A DNA stretch of 64,000 bases from Eledone cirrhosa (taxonomy: Eukaryota), in NCBI GenBank assembly GCA_964016885.1, contig OZ024740.1:344224001-344288000 (forward strand). Direction: 5' to 3'. The first letter of the stretch is position 1; every line of letters starts with the position of its first letter. Positions 27,488 through 41,707 of the stretch are shown piece by piece. The position numbers and the translations under genes are program-made. The notes under the pieces were generated by a model that made no database searches, was not told the DNA's origin, and saw only the letters and a program-made list of their open reading frames with translations.

Positions 27488-28214
27488 TTGGTTTCAGCAT
27501 TCTTTCAAGAAGTTGATACAGTTGTGATTGTAGCGATCCACTATATAACTCTACTCTCCAGAAGTTGGTTTTCTTCTTTACGTAAGGAAGCAATATTATA
27601 CTAATGCATTAAAAATATTATAACAGATATATTAGACGATTGAGTTTATATATATCATATATTATTAGATACAGTGTATATTATTCATCCCAGTATTGGT
27701 GGTTTAGTACGTGATGTTTTAAAATTATATAACTGAACTATATACATTTAAACACATTATTTTTCCTTTCATACCACATATGCCATGGAGTTTGTTATAA
27801 ATGTTTCTTCTATCGTTGCATAAAGAATTATACGGGTAACATAGTGATGAAAGCAGTGGTTCGGCAACCTGACTAACAAAATTAAATTTAACGGTGATAA
27901 ACGAGCCACATATCTTTCGTGTAATTCTGTTCCATGCTTATTTACAGTATTAGGTTGATCGACATATATAAACGATAAATCAAATCCATTACCTTACGTA
28001 TTTTTAATCCACAAAACAATGTTTCAAATTCAGATCGCATATAACTACGACAGGCAGTATACATATAAGACAACAGCAGGAACATACTCGGCATGTACAT
28101 ATTAATATATACAAATACACATGAGGGGAAAATATTCTTACTTGAAAACTACTGTATTTTACTCTCCCACAATCTCCTCTGCATTTCAACGACTTAATGA
28201 TTTCAAACATTTAG

Positions 28215-28275
<61 letters not shown>

Positions 28276-28365
28276 AGACACACACAAACACAACACACAC
28301 ACACATATATATATATATATAAAGATATATATATATATTTATATATACATATGCGCGTGTGTGTG

Positions 28366-28870
28366 TTGGGAAAAAAATTACGCACCTAGTGAGGTTCAAG
28401 TGCTAATTCTCTTTGATGTTGGCCTCTTGTGCCTGACTCCACACACATAACAGTGTGATCCTTCTACTTCGAAGCACGTCTGAAAAGTTTCTTCCAGAAT
28501 GTGCCCCATCGCACTTGACAATGATGTCCTCTTTTCTCCCAAAGTACGAGCGTTTCTTTAGCATCTTCATTTTCGGAAACAACCAGTCGTCAGAATAAGC
28601 CATGTCTAAAGAGTAGGAAGCTTAAATGATCAAAATGCCTTTTTTTGCAAAACACCTCAGCTGCAACGAATGAGCTGGACCGTTGTCATGGCACCGCGGC
28701 TAGTTTGGGATGCCCACAGTTCCGGTCTACTTTCTAACTGTTTCTTCTTTTATTGCTTATTCGTAGTGCCGCATCGCCTTCATAGTCGAAGAAAAAACTC
28801 AATATCACCTTTATTTTTCCCCTAAATACTTTTTGGACGTTAGGATGTTGGAAACTTCACTACATATAAA
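28366..28870 (-). mobile_element. degenerate mariner transposase 3' fragment
   Basis: SYSLDMAYSDDWLFPKMK resembles the mariner motif YSPDLAPSDYWLFPKLK. Confidence 0.7.
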
Positions 28871-29004
28871 AGAAAAATCTCATTGTTTCTCTTAATATTA
28901 CACTCTGCCTGTGCATCGAGTGCTCTTTTTGTACAGCACTGAATCACATATGCTATATATATATATAAATCAGGATGGAATCAGTTTGAAATAGGTTCAG
29001 TCCA

Positions 29005-29103
29005 TTACTCACCAGAGTTCACGATACTTGGGGTAGTGGAGTATACTGTCTCGAAGTAGTTGTTGAAACGGCAAGACCTCAGCCGTCGGGACCTGACTCT
29101 TTA

Positions 29104-29105
<2 letters not shown>
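29005..29105. mobile_element. family F element: inverted tail joined to forward arm
   Basis: CACCAGAG..GATACTTGGGGTAGT followed by GAAACGGC..CAGCCGTCGGGACCTGACTC; (TA)n on the right. Confidence 0.65.
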
Positions 29106-29142
<37 letters not shown>

Positions 29143-29443
29143 AAACTCTGCTTCGTAGAATCGAGACGTATCTGAGGACCTTGCGATTTCAGAGTCAGAT
29201 TCGATCATTACATCGATCGTGCCTCGAGCTAGTCACCAGAGAAACGATTGTAATATGTCTAATAAATTTTATTCGTCGCAACACTGATTCTCCGTTTCTT
29301 ATGTGATATATATATATATATATATATATACCTATGAATAATTGTAGGAATATACGTGTATGAACGTGTATATATATATATACATACATACATACACACA
29401 TACATACATATATATATATATATACATATACATAAATAAATAA

Positions 29444-29535
<92 letters not shown>

Positions 29536-30325
29536 GTGTATGTGTGTATGTATATATATATACACACGTTCATAAACGTATATTCCTAAAATTATTCATA
29601 CGTACTCACATGTATGCTTGCATGTATATATATATTCATACATACATGCATACTTATATATATATTTTGGAGCAAACCAAAATTTGATTTCAACTTTCCT
29701 TTTCAATGATATAAAACATAGAATGATTTCAGCAAGTCTATTCCCGGTGAGTGCAACATAATGCGTTGATCGTTTTTCTACAAGAATTGGTATAAGCATG
29801 TTAGCACTTAAATTTATCGTTCTGCTTGTTTCCCTTCATTTTTAGTCTCCCATCGTTGCAAATAGTTGTTAATGTTCTTACTGTTACTCCTGTGTTCAAG
29901 TACCTGACTGCAGCTATCTTTTATCATACTTTACTTTCACCCTCGAGACCCCTCTCCCTTTTCGTCGTGTGTGTGTAGTTTATATTTTATCTTGTGATTT
30001 ATAGGTACAAAGTGATGAGTGTGGTTGTTGATGGTGAGATTGGTTGATAGCGATGAGCGAATCTGAAAACTAGAAACCAAAAACCACATACACCCGTTCA
30101 TACATACAAAACTACATGCATACATATACATACATACGCACATACATAATACATGCATACATACATACACACATACACATACACATATATACATACATAT
30201 ATGCATACATACATACGTACATACATACGTACATACATACATATATACATACTTACATATAAACATGCATACTTAAACATGCATGCGTACATTTATACAC
30301 ACATGCATACATACATAAATACATA

Positions 30326-30494
30326 CGAAGCTCGGCTGAAATGTTCATAGGCTGACGAAATTCTCTCATGGAATGGCACTGGAAAGAAACAATGTAGTTA
30401 TAAATAAGAAGAATTCGAAATAATGCATACAAGATTTCACAGTTCTAGCATCACTCGTTCATAGTTAGTCTATGAACATTTCAGCTCACCCTCG
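30326..30494. mobile_element. mariner-type MITE
   Basis: ~31 bp imperfect TIRs (CGA..GCTGAAATGTTCATAG.CT.AC), with TA on the left flank and CA on the right. Confidence 0.75.
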
Positions 30495-30575
30495 CACATA
30501 CATACATACGTAGGTATATACGTCTATACATATATACATACATACATACATACATACATACATACATACATACAT

Positions 30576-31460
30576 AGTCAGTCAACGCGATCAGTCGCAT
30601 ATTTTGGTGTGGGAGACTATTCATTAAATTTAAGATGAATAATATCTCCGACAGTAATGCCACAACTACAGTCATGTTACAAACTGGGTATTCTTCTAAC
30701 TATATCTACTCAAGACACCTTTTATTCGAATTCGTAGAGATATCCGACTAAATACATAATTGATTTTACAAGTATTTGCTACAAACAGCAGGGCTGAACA
30801 CAACATCAATAACAACAACACCAGTGGAGTACCGAAGAAAAACGAGAAAGGTAAACAAAATTTATTCAGTTGTAGCTATAGAAGAAACCGATATTATAAA
30901 TCGCATTTCTCTTGGAGTTGCGAACTTAATAATGATTTATCTAATTGTTATAAAATAGCAAAAAACAATCCCTCTATTGGCTATATGAACAGAATGAAGC
31001 TACACTGGGACGAAATACACCCAGATCTAAATCACCTCACAGCGAAACAATTACGCCAGCAACCGATGTTTGTTGAACGTAAAAATAAGATAAATATTAT
31101 TAATTGTAAGTCCCCACAACAAACAGAAAATCAACAACACGTGCTACAGGTAGCCATGCTACTAGACTTCCTAGCAGCCAGGTCGAACAGTGCCTTGAAC
31201 CAAATATGCCTGTAAGAAATTTGACACCACCTGTCTAATAACTGCACATATACTAAGCATGTACACATGCACACATTAAAACTCAACACATACACATCCA
31301 CACATAGAATAACATCCATATCAACACATGCATGCAGACATGCAGACATATCTACGTAGTTGATGTTGTGTAAATTCCAATGAGAGTGTCTTGTGTCTAT
31401 GTTAGAAACCGACTCTCTCTCTATTGGCAAAAATTTGTGAAATTATAAAACCAGAAGAAC
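30576..31460 (+). mobile_element. internally deleted RLE (R4/Dong-like) LINE in (TACA)n
   Basis: N-terminal domain GYMNRMKLHWDEIHPDLNHLTAKQLRQQ fused to a 3' UTR shared with 39238 and 40150; (TACA)n on both sides. Confidence 0.65.
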
Positions 31461-31471
31461 ATACATACATT

Positions 31472-31501
<30 letters not shown>

Positions 31502-31502
<1 letters not shown>

Positions 31503-31794
31503 GATGGCTGCCTCCTCGATATCAAGTATGGCCATTGCACGATACAACATTATTAATAATTATCAATTAATGCTATCGTGCAATGCCTGTGCGTCAAATT
31601 TTTTTAAAGTGAGAAAAGACTGTGCACTGAGCCAATCCCACTCTCTAAGAGACAGTAGCTATAACCAGGAAAGAACAAAAGATCTGCATTATCGGTAACT
31701 CCCGAGCCGCAGGTTTTATGTCGGAGTTATCCCAGTTTCCTGAGTTGCCTTCTCCTAGAAGAATGCCCTGAGAAAGGCTAGGGCTCCTTGACTC
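31502..31794 (-). mobile_element. non-autonomous RTE-derived element
   Basis: Reverse complement of 39757-40032; RTE 5'UTR-like CTAGGAGAAGGCAACTC; (TATG)n tail. Confidence 0.65.
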
Positions 31795-32239
31795 CCATAC
31801 GTACATACATACATACGTAGGTGCATACATGCATACATACATACATACATACATACATACATACATACATACATACATACATACAAACGTACGTACATAC
31901 GTAAACAGAGCCACTATATAAACAGAAAATTGAATTCCTCTCCTATCATCTGTATTTATCGAATGAATTTCAAACATATAATATGTCATTCTCTTTATCT
32001 CTCTTTCTGCATTACTTTCTCTATACATTTCTATCTCTCTTATTATTATTCATTCTCGCTCCGAATATCTTCTCATCATCTCAATCTCTTTTTCTTGCCC
32101 CGAATCCGGTCAGTCTTCTTTACTATCTTTATATCCATTATTATTAACTCTATTTTGCAAGCTAACATTTTATGCGTCTATCGTGCTTGATATCATCAAT
32201 AAACCCACTTTGGTATATTTCTATTGTAAGTGTATGTAT

Positions 32240-32676
32240 GTTGGTCAGTTGTTAGAACATTCCTCAGTCAAAATAGACTTTTGACTGAGGAATGTTCTAA
32301 CAACTGATCAATGAGAGGAGAAGAGGCCGTTTGACGCTGAAATTCGTTTGTTTGAATTCATATGATTCCAGTTCCTCAGTGAAATAACAACCCAACCAGG
32401 AACTGGGCATATCAGAGTATTGACAAAGTTATACACCTCAACAACATGTGTACTCGTTTCTACCACACTAATTCGGACTGCCTGAAGAGGTCACAGCTAA
32501 AGATGGCTGTCACCGAAATATATATAGCAGTTATAAACGAAGCCAGATTTTAATCATTTGACTTATTTATTTTTTTTTAATTTTACATTACTCCGGAGTA
32601 ACATAACCAACCTGCGCACTTCGTAGAGTGCTCCAATCTGCATACTAGGTGTTGGGATACAACCAACATATACTAA
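32240..32676 (+). mobile_element. Penelope-derived 3' fragment with HHR and a 32-bp 5' inversion
   Basis: Hairpin 32241-32310; HHR at 32477; same family as 61014. Confidence 0.7.
32477..32531 (+). ncRNA. minimal type I hammerhead ribozyme motif
   Basis: ACTGC-CTGAAGA-GGTCACAGC-TAAAGATG-GCTGTCACC-GAAA-TATATA-TA-GCAGT. Confidence 0.88.
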
Positions 32677-32701
32677 AAAATATATATATATATATATATA
32701 T

Positions 32702-33995
32702 AACACCAACAACTACAGGGGGATCTCACTGACGTCACTTGTGGCTAAGACCCTCAACAGGATGATTCTTAACAGGATCCAGCCTGAGAACGAGAAGAAC
32801 CTCAGGGACAACCAGAACGGCTTCAGAGAGGGAAGATCAACCACCAGTCACACCCTGATGCTGAGGAGGATATTAGAGGGAGCTAGAGCAAAGTGCCTTT
32901 CTGCGGTCATGGTTTTCATTGACTTTAGGAAGGCCTTTGATTCTGTGGACAGTCACTGCCTCATGAAGATCTTACAGGCTTATGGACTCCCCAAGAAGAT
33001 AGTGGACCTGATATCACTGCTCTACACCAACACCAAAGCCCAAGTCATTACACCTGATGGGATGACAGAGTTCTTTGAGATACTGGCTGGAGTGCTCCAG
33101 GGAGATACATTGGCTCCCTACCTTTTTATCATCGTAGTGGAATATTGTATGCGCTGGAGAAACACTAGGACTCTGGCTTTACTGTAGCACCGACTCAGAG
33201 CAGGAGAATTAGGGCGAAAAAGGTATGGGATGCTGAATTTGCAGACGACATAGTTTTGGTGACAAATATAGTGAAGGAGGCAGAGGATTTGATGCAGGAG
33301 GTTGAGACTGTGTCGATGAGTGTGGGGCTGAGAATGAATGAGACTAAAACAAAATGTCTGGTAGAGAATGTTGAGAAGCCAGAGGGGATTACTAACGTAG
33401 GCGGGAAGCCGCTGGAATTGGTTGAGGACTTCCTGTATTTGGGAGCAAAGATTGGGAATACAGAAGATGATGTGGTTGAGAGGAAGAGCAAAGCCTGGGC
33501 GGTGTGTCACAGCTTGAGATCCGTGTGGAGTCAGACCTTCGTAAAGACCTGAAAATCCGCCTCTTCATTACTGTAGTGGAGTCTGCTGCTGTACGGGTCT
33601 GAGACTTGGACACTGACCAAGAAACTCACTCAGATGGTGGATGGGTGCTACACAAGAATGGTGAGGATGGCTCTGAACATTAATCAGTATACACTGAGGA
33701 TGAAAAACTCAGAGCTATATGGGAGCCTCCCAAAAGTCAGCTCAAAAGTGACACAGAGGAGACTGAGGCTAGCTGGACATGCTCACCGACATCTAGAGTT
33801 GACATTGCACTCAGTGCTCCTGTGGGAGCCCCTACATGGACATACTGGAAGAGAAAGACCAAGGTTAACGTATGTTGATGCTCTAAGGACAGACGCTGGT
33901 CTGTTGGAGACGCAGGACATGGCAGCGATAATGAGGGACAGAGACCGCTGGAGATAACTCGTCCATGGATCTCGGGAATTTTGCCCGCCCTAGAA
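32702..33995 (+). mobile_element. 5'-truncated RTE-group LINE (RT and C-terminus), frameshifted, in (TA)n
   Basis: NQNGFREGRST, FIDFRKAFD, LQGDTLAPYLF, FADD, FLYLG, WEPLHG..RPRLTY. Confidence 0.9.
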
Positions 33996-33996
33996 A

Positions 33997-34140
<144 letters not shown>

Positions 34141-34834
34141 ACATATATATATAGAGAGAGTGAGAGAGAGAGAGAGATTACGATAGAGAGATGTACACAC
34201 ATCTAATTTTGAAAAATTAGATTTGAGGGCTACATCGTACGTTTCTGACTGTGAAAATTACTTTGGTGCGGTGAAAAAAAGGTGGACAACGTTCACCGTA
34301 GTAGTCGAACTCACACCTTCTGAATATTATGCAATTGTGCTAATATTACACCAGAGTATCTTGTCGTTAATCACCGTCTTTTTAAAAGAATATGGTGTAG
34401 ACAGAGATGTAAGCAAGGTCATTATCCGTATAATTGGTCAATTTGAAATTGAAAAATATAGTTACCCCAAAATAGCCTTTTAATAAGTCGGCTCTAGTTT
34501 ATCATGGATGCCTCCTGAGAATCGAACCACACACTTCTCCTATGTTGAACGAATACGTTTAACTATTATTACACACACATATATACACCCAGCAACAAAC
34601 TCATATATGTTTGTGCGTGCGTGTGTATATGTATATGCCCGTGTTTGTGTTTACATGCGTGTCTGTGACAGTTTTTATGTTTGATAACCTATCATATTGT
34701 CAAAAAGGGGATCCATATGATAAGTTCCATGCTTAAAAAAATAAGAACTGTTCTCGTTATGATCGACTAATTCTCTTAATCACGGTGCCACTACATAGCC
34801 ACAGGTAAATCTAGTTAAGTCATGAGAGAATATG

Positions 34835-34895
<61 letters not shown>

Positions 34896-34915
34896 TGCGT
34901 GTATAGTTTAAACTT

Positions 34916-34980
<65 letters not shown>

Positions 34981-36075
34981 GTGTGTGTGTATAATTTAAA
35001 CTTTTCCCTTTTATTATCAATACTAGTTTCTGTTTCTTGCGTAAATGTAGATCTCTTGTTCAGCATTTGAGCTTTTTTTTAAAATTTAATATTTATTTAA
35101 AAAATATTTTTATGTATGCTGCTTTGATTTATTTTACATTTCTTCGTGCATTTGTCTATCAAATGGAAGCTTACCTTCTCTAGTTCACCATTTCACGATG
35201 GAAGGAACACAAACACATACAAACATGCGTGTACACATAGAAACATTTACACATAAAAATCAACTTCATACACATGGGATTGTAAGCGAGGGAGAGAGAG
35301 AAGAAAAATAGAAATAATAAGGATAAATGAGAGGGAGAGTGTGTGAGAGATTTAAAGTGAATGTGAGAGTGGGGTGAACGAGAGAGAGTGAGTGAGTCTC
35401 GCAAATATCCTATTATCGGAATGCATTTGGCCGTGTGACACTTTTGTACTTGCAGCTAAATCCTTTGAGCTATACAAAGAATATGTCCATCCATTCAATT
35501 GTGCTGTTATCTAAGTGTGTTTTCAAACTCCACAAACACCTTAAAAGACAGATGCACACACACATGCGCATGCCTCTCACATAGAAACACATACCCTCAC
35601 ACACAAGCACACAAACACACACACACACACACATACAAACATATATATATATATGTGCCTTCCCCGATCCATACACCCCACTCACCTTTTATAACTTTTA
35701 TTTTAACCTTTATTTTCCATTTCATGTTTTATTTTTATCTCTTTGCTCTCATTAACTAACCCCTCACTCCTCGGATTTTCCCCTACACTCCTGATCAAGG
35801 TCTTATGCCAGAAACGTTGCAACCACATCCCCCACTCTCACTAAGGGCGAAACTAATATTATTTGTAACATTTACTCCTGCGTTTGTCTGCTTTATGTTT
35901 TCCGAACTATATATATATATATACAAATATATATATATATATATCAGTGTAACTTGGAGTTACTAGATCGAACGTTGAGCTGATCAGTGGCGAAACTCGC
36001 GTCACCAACCAATAAACGTAATGAAGGAGTAACCAATCGTCCTTGTTATCTTATTTCACTATATATATATATATA

Positions 36076-36216
36076 TATTGTTATACTTTGGGAGGGTCAT
36101 GTTGCCAATAAGAAACACACGTTTCTTATTGGCAACATGACCCTCCCAAAGTATAACAATATCGGTTTCAACACACGATTTCAGATAAAGAATCTTGCTA
36201 AACAAATTCAGAAACG

Positions 36217-36220
<4 letters not shown>
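36076..36220 (+). mobile_element. foldback of the Penelope pLTR 3' end (family P)
   Basis: Palindrome 36076-36162 whose arm matches the end of the GIY-YIG element (42460-42497), plus a ~55 bp tail shared with 57233-57288. Confidence 0.8.
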
Positions 36221-36259
<39 letters not shown>

Positions 36260-36501
36260 ACGAAGGAATTATGAAGCAGTGGGAACATTTAAATTTGAAA
36301 AGTAGTTTACCAAGCACAAACAACCATAGATAATAGGTGAGTAAATGAGGAAACGTACCTAAGTACAAACCTAAATACAGGGCAAACATTTGGTAAGGAT
36401 GAATGCGACGAATTGAAACTTCAAGACGACGGTGATGATGATAATGATGATGACGATGGAATGATCTTGCTGTTGTTTTGTGTTTATTTTTTTTGTTTTG
36501 G

Positions 36502-36502
36502 T

Positions 36503-36549
<47 letters not shown>

Positions 36550-36573
36550 TTACTACTGCTGCTGCTGCTGCTT

Positions 36574-36621
<48 letters not shown>

Positions 36622-36634
36622 GTACTACTACTAC
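36502..36634. repeat. (TAC)n/(TGC)n microsatellite
   Basis: Directly visible. Confidence 0.95.
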
Positions 36635-36649
36635 AAGTTGCAGTAATAG

Positions 36650-37030
36650 TTTCATTTATTGGCTATAAGGGCTGACATATAGGGGACAATACAATAGACG
36701 AGGACAGTGTGTTTTTACATAAAAAAAAATCGAGTAAAAAAATAGGAAAACAATAACAATAAACAAGAAAAATACAACAATGAAACATTTTCCAATAGGG
36801 GGAATAACCAGTGTTGACTCAGCTACCCTACCAAACTTGAAACATTCAACACTCGAGGGCACCTGGGAAGAGAACCCCCTCACCTCCTCAAATTAGCCAG
36901 CCTACAGGCACATGTTCAGAGTAGGCCGACTCACACGGACTTTTTTCGCCATATTCACCCACCTTTTAGCAAATGTACTGGGTAGCAGGACTTCTCTCTT
37001 CACCCTCACCTTCCTTTCCAAGTGAAACTC
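36650..37030 (-). mobile_element. 3' fragment of L1-Tx1 family B
   Basis: Reverse complement matches 53480-53880 (ERKVRV..FAKRWVN; TATTGTCCCCTATATGTC.GCCCTT; GCCAATAAATGAAA). Confidence 0.85.
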
Positions 37031-37194
37031 TGTATGCAAAAGCAATAGACACTGATTTCTCAATTTTTTAAAGGAGACAACATATTTCAGATTCTCAGTT
37101 ATATCAGGTATCCTCCATTTATCAGTTTGGTCGGTTCACGTGCCTTCTAGGATGTACACACACACACACACACACAGATACACACACACATACT

Positions 37195-37237
<43 letters not shown>

Positions 37238-37311
37238 GTGTGTCAATGCGCGAATGCGCGTGTGAACATGCGTGAGTGTATCTCTGTGTGTGAGTGAATC
37301 TCTCTCTCTTG

Positions 37312-37342
<31 letters not shown>

Positions 37343-38139
37343 ATTTTGCTTGCTTCTAGATTTATTCATAGCACTTTTATTTTTTAATGTACTTTTTCAC
37401 GTGTTTTATTATTTTCACATCGTTAAGTCATGCACGTCTGAAGGATTCTACGAGGATTTGTTCTGCTAGCAGCCATTTACGCCATCATCCAATGTTCTTT
37501 CGCTATTCCGATCTTATCGTATCTCTCTTATCTGTGATCATTCGACCGGTTTCTGTTGATTTAAAAAAAAACATCCATCCTTCGTTATTTTGATTTTCGT
37601 GTTACAATTGTTGCTTTTGTTGTTATTGCTTATAATGTCTGTGGTTGTGTGCTGTTTGCGGTGAGTATGGAGTTAGTATTGGTGAAGGCAATGCTGATGT
37701 TAGTAATTTTGTCGTGGAACAGTGATAATCTTGGTGTTAGTAGTACGGTAATCATGGGGGTAAGTTGGTTATAGTGGTGGTGGTTTTGGAAGTGTTTGTG
37801 ATATTTGTGTTTGTGGTAATGTTTTGTGTGTTGATGTGTTGCATGGTGATGGTATATGTGTTGATACTTTTTATAGTTTTGGTTAATGTTGATGATTTTT
37901 TGCAAGTAAGCCGTGTTTGAACAGATATTTGATCGACGGTATTCCAACTATAGCCATCCTGTCGTTTCTTCTATATTTAAGGGACTCATTGACACAATAT
38001 GCATCGCATTTCATGTATCTGAAAGAAATCTAACAGTTATTCCTATAAATTTAAGGAGGCACATAGAAGATCCCTTGATCCCTTGTGGGTTGTGGTGAGT
38101 GATAGTGGTGATAGTGGTGATTTGGTTGTGGTACTGAAA

Positions 38140-38353
38140 TGAAGGCGCGTGGCTGAGTGGTTAGAGAATTGGATTCGCAATCAGGAGGCTGTGAGTTCGA
38201 TTTCCTGATCGGTTGATGCATTATCTCCTTGGGCAAGACACTTTATTTCACGTTGCTCCTTCTACCTGGAGTTGCGACCGATAGATAGTATTAGCAATTG
38301 GAAAGACCAACGGAAACACTGTTTCCTCGGTCCGATTTGACGAAAGTCGATCG
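38140..38353 (+). mobile_element. tRNA-derived SINE (family S1)
   Basis: A and B boxes; homologous to 178-399. Confidence 0.85.
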
Positions 38354-39237
38354 ACTGTCGCTTGATGTTACATTTGACTGTGTTAGCTATGGTACGGACT
38401 TTGTTTGTAATAATGATGTTTATGGTGGGGGTGGTGAACGCATTGAATTTATTGTTATTGCATTCGAATGAAATCGTTTCTATCCCACGACCTTCTTACA
38501 AAATGCATCTAGAAAGGAGACATTAATATTTCATTTGAAGGAAGCTCCGCTATGATAAGTGACAACGTTCAAGTTTTCCTAACGCCTCATATATTGTGGG
38601 TAATCTGGAATGCCTCACGTTGGGAACTTTCAAATTTTCCGAGATTTCTGAACTGTGAGAGTGTTTACTCACCTTTTGACAGGCACCTTTTTTCTGCACG
38701 TTTTCCCAGTGTTCGAGCTAGAGTAATAGGTGAGGAAAAGAGCTGCCATCTGGAAATTGTCAGGCATTCACAGTTCCTTACAAGTCAAAAACTTCGTTAG
38801 GCATGCAGCTATGAAAGGCCATCGTGTGGAGTTTTCTGTACATCAGTTTATATAAAATGTATGTGGCCGAATATAGCAACCAAATCCTAGTTAAAGGGAA
38901 ATTATGTAAACATGCAGAAATCCCACAGGTTGAATGACCAATTTCTTGCTGCTAATTTGACATGTAGTGCATATAGCAGATCATTTTCAAACACGTCAGG
39001 ACTTACCAGAAATTCAACAATACATAATCATAGTGCAGATAAGACTGATGTGTCAAATGATGGAAACTGTCAACACAAATGAATGTTATAAGACAAAATA
39101 TGTAAGAGTATAGCTAGTTTAAAATCCACTGCAAGGTACATGAACAAAGATAGAAACATTATTTATCAGCGATGATATGGTCCGCCTTGTTTAACGAGTT
39201 GAATGCCTCCTATGTATGTATGTTTGTATGTATGTAT

Positions 39238-39501
39238 AATTTCCCAAAGTTTTCCCAATAGAGAGAGAGTGGGTTTCTAACATAGACACAAGACTCTCTC
39301 ATTGGATTTACACAACATCAACTAGGTAGATATGTATGTATGCATGTGTAGATATATATGTTGTTGTATGTGTGGATGTGGATGTTTTGAGTTGTATGTG
39401 TGCATGTGTATATGCTTTGTATCTGTACATCTGTATATGCAGTTATTAGATGCAACAGTTTTGGAATGTTTTACATATTTTTACTGTTCCATTAATGGAA
39501 T
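39238..39501 (-). mobile_element. 3' UTR fragment of the (TACA)n-associated RLE LINE
   Basis: Matches 31215-31445 and 40170-40430; flanked by (TATG)n. Confidence 0.7.
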
Positions 39502-39729
39502 TATGTATGTATGTATGTATGTATGTATGTATGTATGTATGTATGTATGTTTGTATGTATGTATGTATGTATGTATGTATGTATGTATGTATGTATGTGT
39601 GTATGTATGTATGGGCGAAATAACTCATAAGAGTCAACGGCTATCCAAAAATGTGTAAATATGTATATATAGATGTACATATGTGCATGTGTATGTATAT
39701 GCGCAGGGACATAGAAATAATCGGGCTGT

Positions 39730-40032
39730 ATACCCGATCGCCTGGTTAAACCACTGGGAGTGAAGGACCCCTAGCCTTTGTCAGGGCATTCTTCTAGCAG
39801 AAGGCAATTCAAGAAACTGGGATAACTCCGACATAAAACCTGCGGATCAGTAGTTACCGATGATGTTGATCTTTTCTTCTTTTCGGGATATAGCTACTGT
39901 CGCTCAGAGGATGTGATTGGCTCAGTGCACAGTCTTTCCTCACTTTAAAAAAAATCTTCACGCACAGGCATTGCACGATAGGATTAATTAATAATTATTA
40001 ATAATGTTATGTCGTGCAATGGCCATACTCGA
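39730..40032 (+). mobile_element. non-autonomous RTE-derived element
   Basis: Homologous to 31502-31794; ends in (TATG)n. Confidence 0.65.
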
Positions 40033-40149
40033 TAACGAGGGGGCAACCATCATGTATGTATGTATGTATGTATGTATGTATGTATGTATGTATGTATGTA
40101 TGTATGTATGTATGTATCTATGTATGTATGTATGTATTTATGTACGTAC

Positions 40150-40660
40150 GCTCTTCTGGTTTTATAATTTTATAAATTTTATAAATATTTACCAATAAAG
40201 AGAGTGTCGATTCTAACATAGATATAAGACTCTCTTATTGCGATTTACACAATATCAACTAGGTAGATATGTCTGCCTGTCTTCATGCATGCATGTGTGT
40301 GCAGGTATGACTGCTATTGTATGTGTAGATGTGTATGTTTTGAGTGATATGCTTTGCCTCTGTATATATGCACATGCAATTATTAGATACAGAATGTTTG
40401 GAATGTTTCACATATTTGAACTGTTCCATTCATTGAACTTGTAATTTCCTAACTAGTCGTGTTTTTTTCTGTTTCTGTGAAGCCCAGCTTCTCAACATAT
40501 AGGATATAGTCAGGGTGGAGTGTCTGCAGATTTCTCATTAGTTCTGCATAGAGATTATCTTTTCGATCATCATTAATATTATATTGACATCTGCTGGGCA
40601 GTTAACTTCAACTATTGTGCATGCCTTCTTTTCCCTGTCCCATATCATTATATCTAGTCT
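40150..40660 (-). mobile_element. 5'-truncated RLE LINE in (TATG)n
   Basis: Minus strand encodes VEVNCPADVNI..KDNLYAELMRNLQTLHPDY (restriction-like endonuclease region) followed by the shared 3' UTR. Confidence 0.7.
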
Positions 40661-40710
40661 GTTATGTTTGCATGTATGCATGTATGTGTGTATGTATGTA
40701 TGTATATATG

Positions 40711-41265
40711 TCAGGTTGCTCTAGAGTGCAACCATGTAGCACTCGAGTGTTAACATGTAACCCAGTACAACCTGTCTCATGGTCGGGTCGTCGGCGACTA
40801 AACTGGCAACCCCACCAAGCATGCTGGGTGAGGAGGGAGACATCTGGACACCATATGGAATCAAATACAAGATCCACCAAAGGGTGGAGGAAGTCAGTAG
40901 AGTCAACGGCCATCCAAATAGTACTTTTTTTCTTTTTCTTTTTTTTTAACCTGGTATTGAAAGTCCCGCAGTTGTTGTAACGACACTTTTCTAGGAGAGG
41001 GAAACTCTGGAAAAAAAATAACCTGTGGCTTTGGAAGCATCCGATGATGTTGACCAGTTCTCCTCTTCGGGAAGTGTTTTCGATTCTCAGAGAGTGGGAT
41101 TGTTCGAGTGCAAGGCCTTTCCCCACTTAAAAAACCTTCATAGCACAGGCATTGTTTGTTCAGGATATGTTATAGGTTTGTGTGACTGGCCGTAGTCTAA
41201 AAGTGCAACAAACTCTATAATCTGACAAGCGATTGCAGTACTATTTGCAGAGTTTGCAGCCGTCA
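40711..41265 (+). mobile_element. bipartite non-autonomous RTE-derived element (5' UTR plus 3' end)
   Basis: 5' 90 bp repeated at 3714-3790; CTAGGAGAGGGAAACTCTG motif; 3' part related to 39900-40032; (TATG)n flanks. Confidence 0.6.
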
Positions 41266-41707
41266 TGTATGTACGTGTGTGTGTATGTAACTAGGTATGT
41301 ATATAAGCATTTTAGAATGCCTATATCATTTGTATATGCATTTGTTCTTCGTACCACATAGAATACAGAAATGTCAACTGTTTTAATGCCTCCATTAAAT
41401 TAAGTGGCGTCAATGGGCTTCAGTTCAGACATTTCTCTCACCGTTTACTAGTGCAGTCTTTATCCTATACATTCGTTATATATTTACCATAGTATTTTGG
41501 TCAGTTTCCTGTCCCTCTAAAAATATTCCAATGGATATTTAAGTGAATGATTTGATTCGTAATTTTAAGAAATATAGATTCAAACTTTTTACGCATATAC
41601 GCCATATAAAACTTTATTGTATATAACCTAATATTATTCACATTATGTCATTTCTATAGATGTGTGTCTATGGATGTAGGCACATAAATATACATGTATA
41701 TATGAAT

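Noticed and set aside
35787-35820. CTGATCAA-GGT..GCC-A-GAAACGTT, resembling a Penelope pLTR hammerhead
   Set aside because: Core is mutated and stem I has no partner; counted only as a degenerate relic.
37400-38000. GT-rich tract resembling an old minus-strand L1/Tx1 ORF1
   Set aside because: Similarity is only compositional; no clear motif.
38140-38215. tRNA-like sequence
   Set aside because: It is a SINE head: no intact acceptor stem, and it continues into a repeated SINE body.
38673-38748. Possible minus-strand exon (TTTCCAG acceptor, AAG|GTGAGT donor)
   Set aside because: 76 nt, no recognisable peptide and no partner exons; needs RNA-seq.
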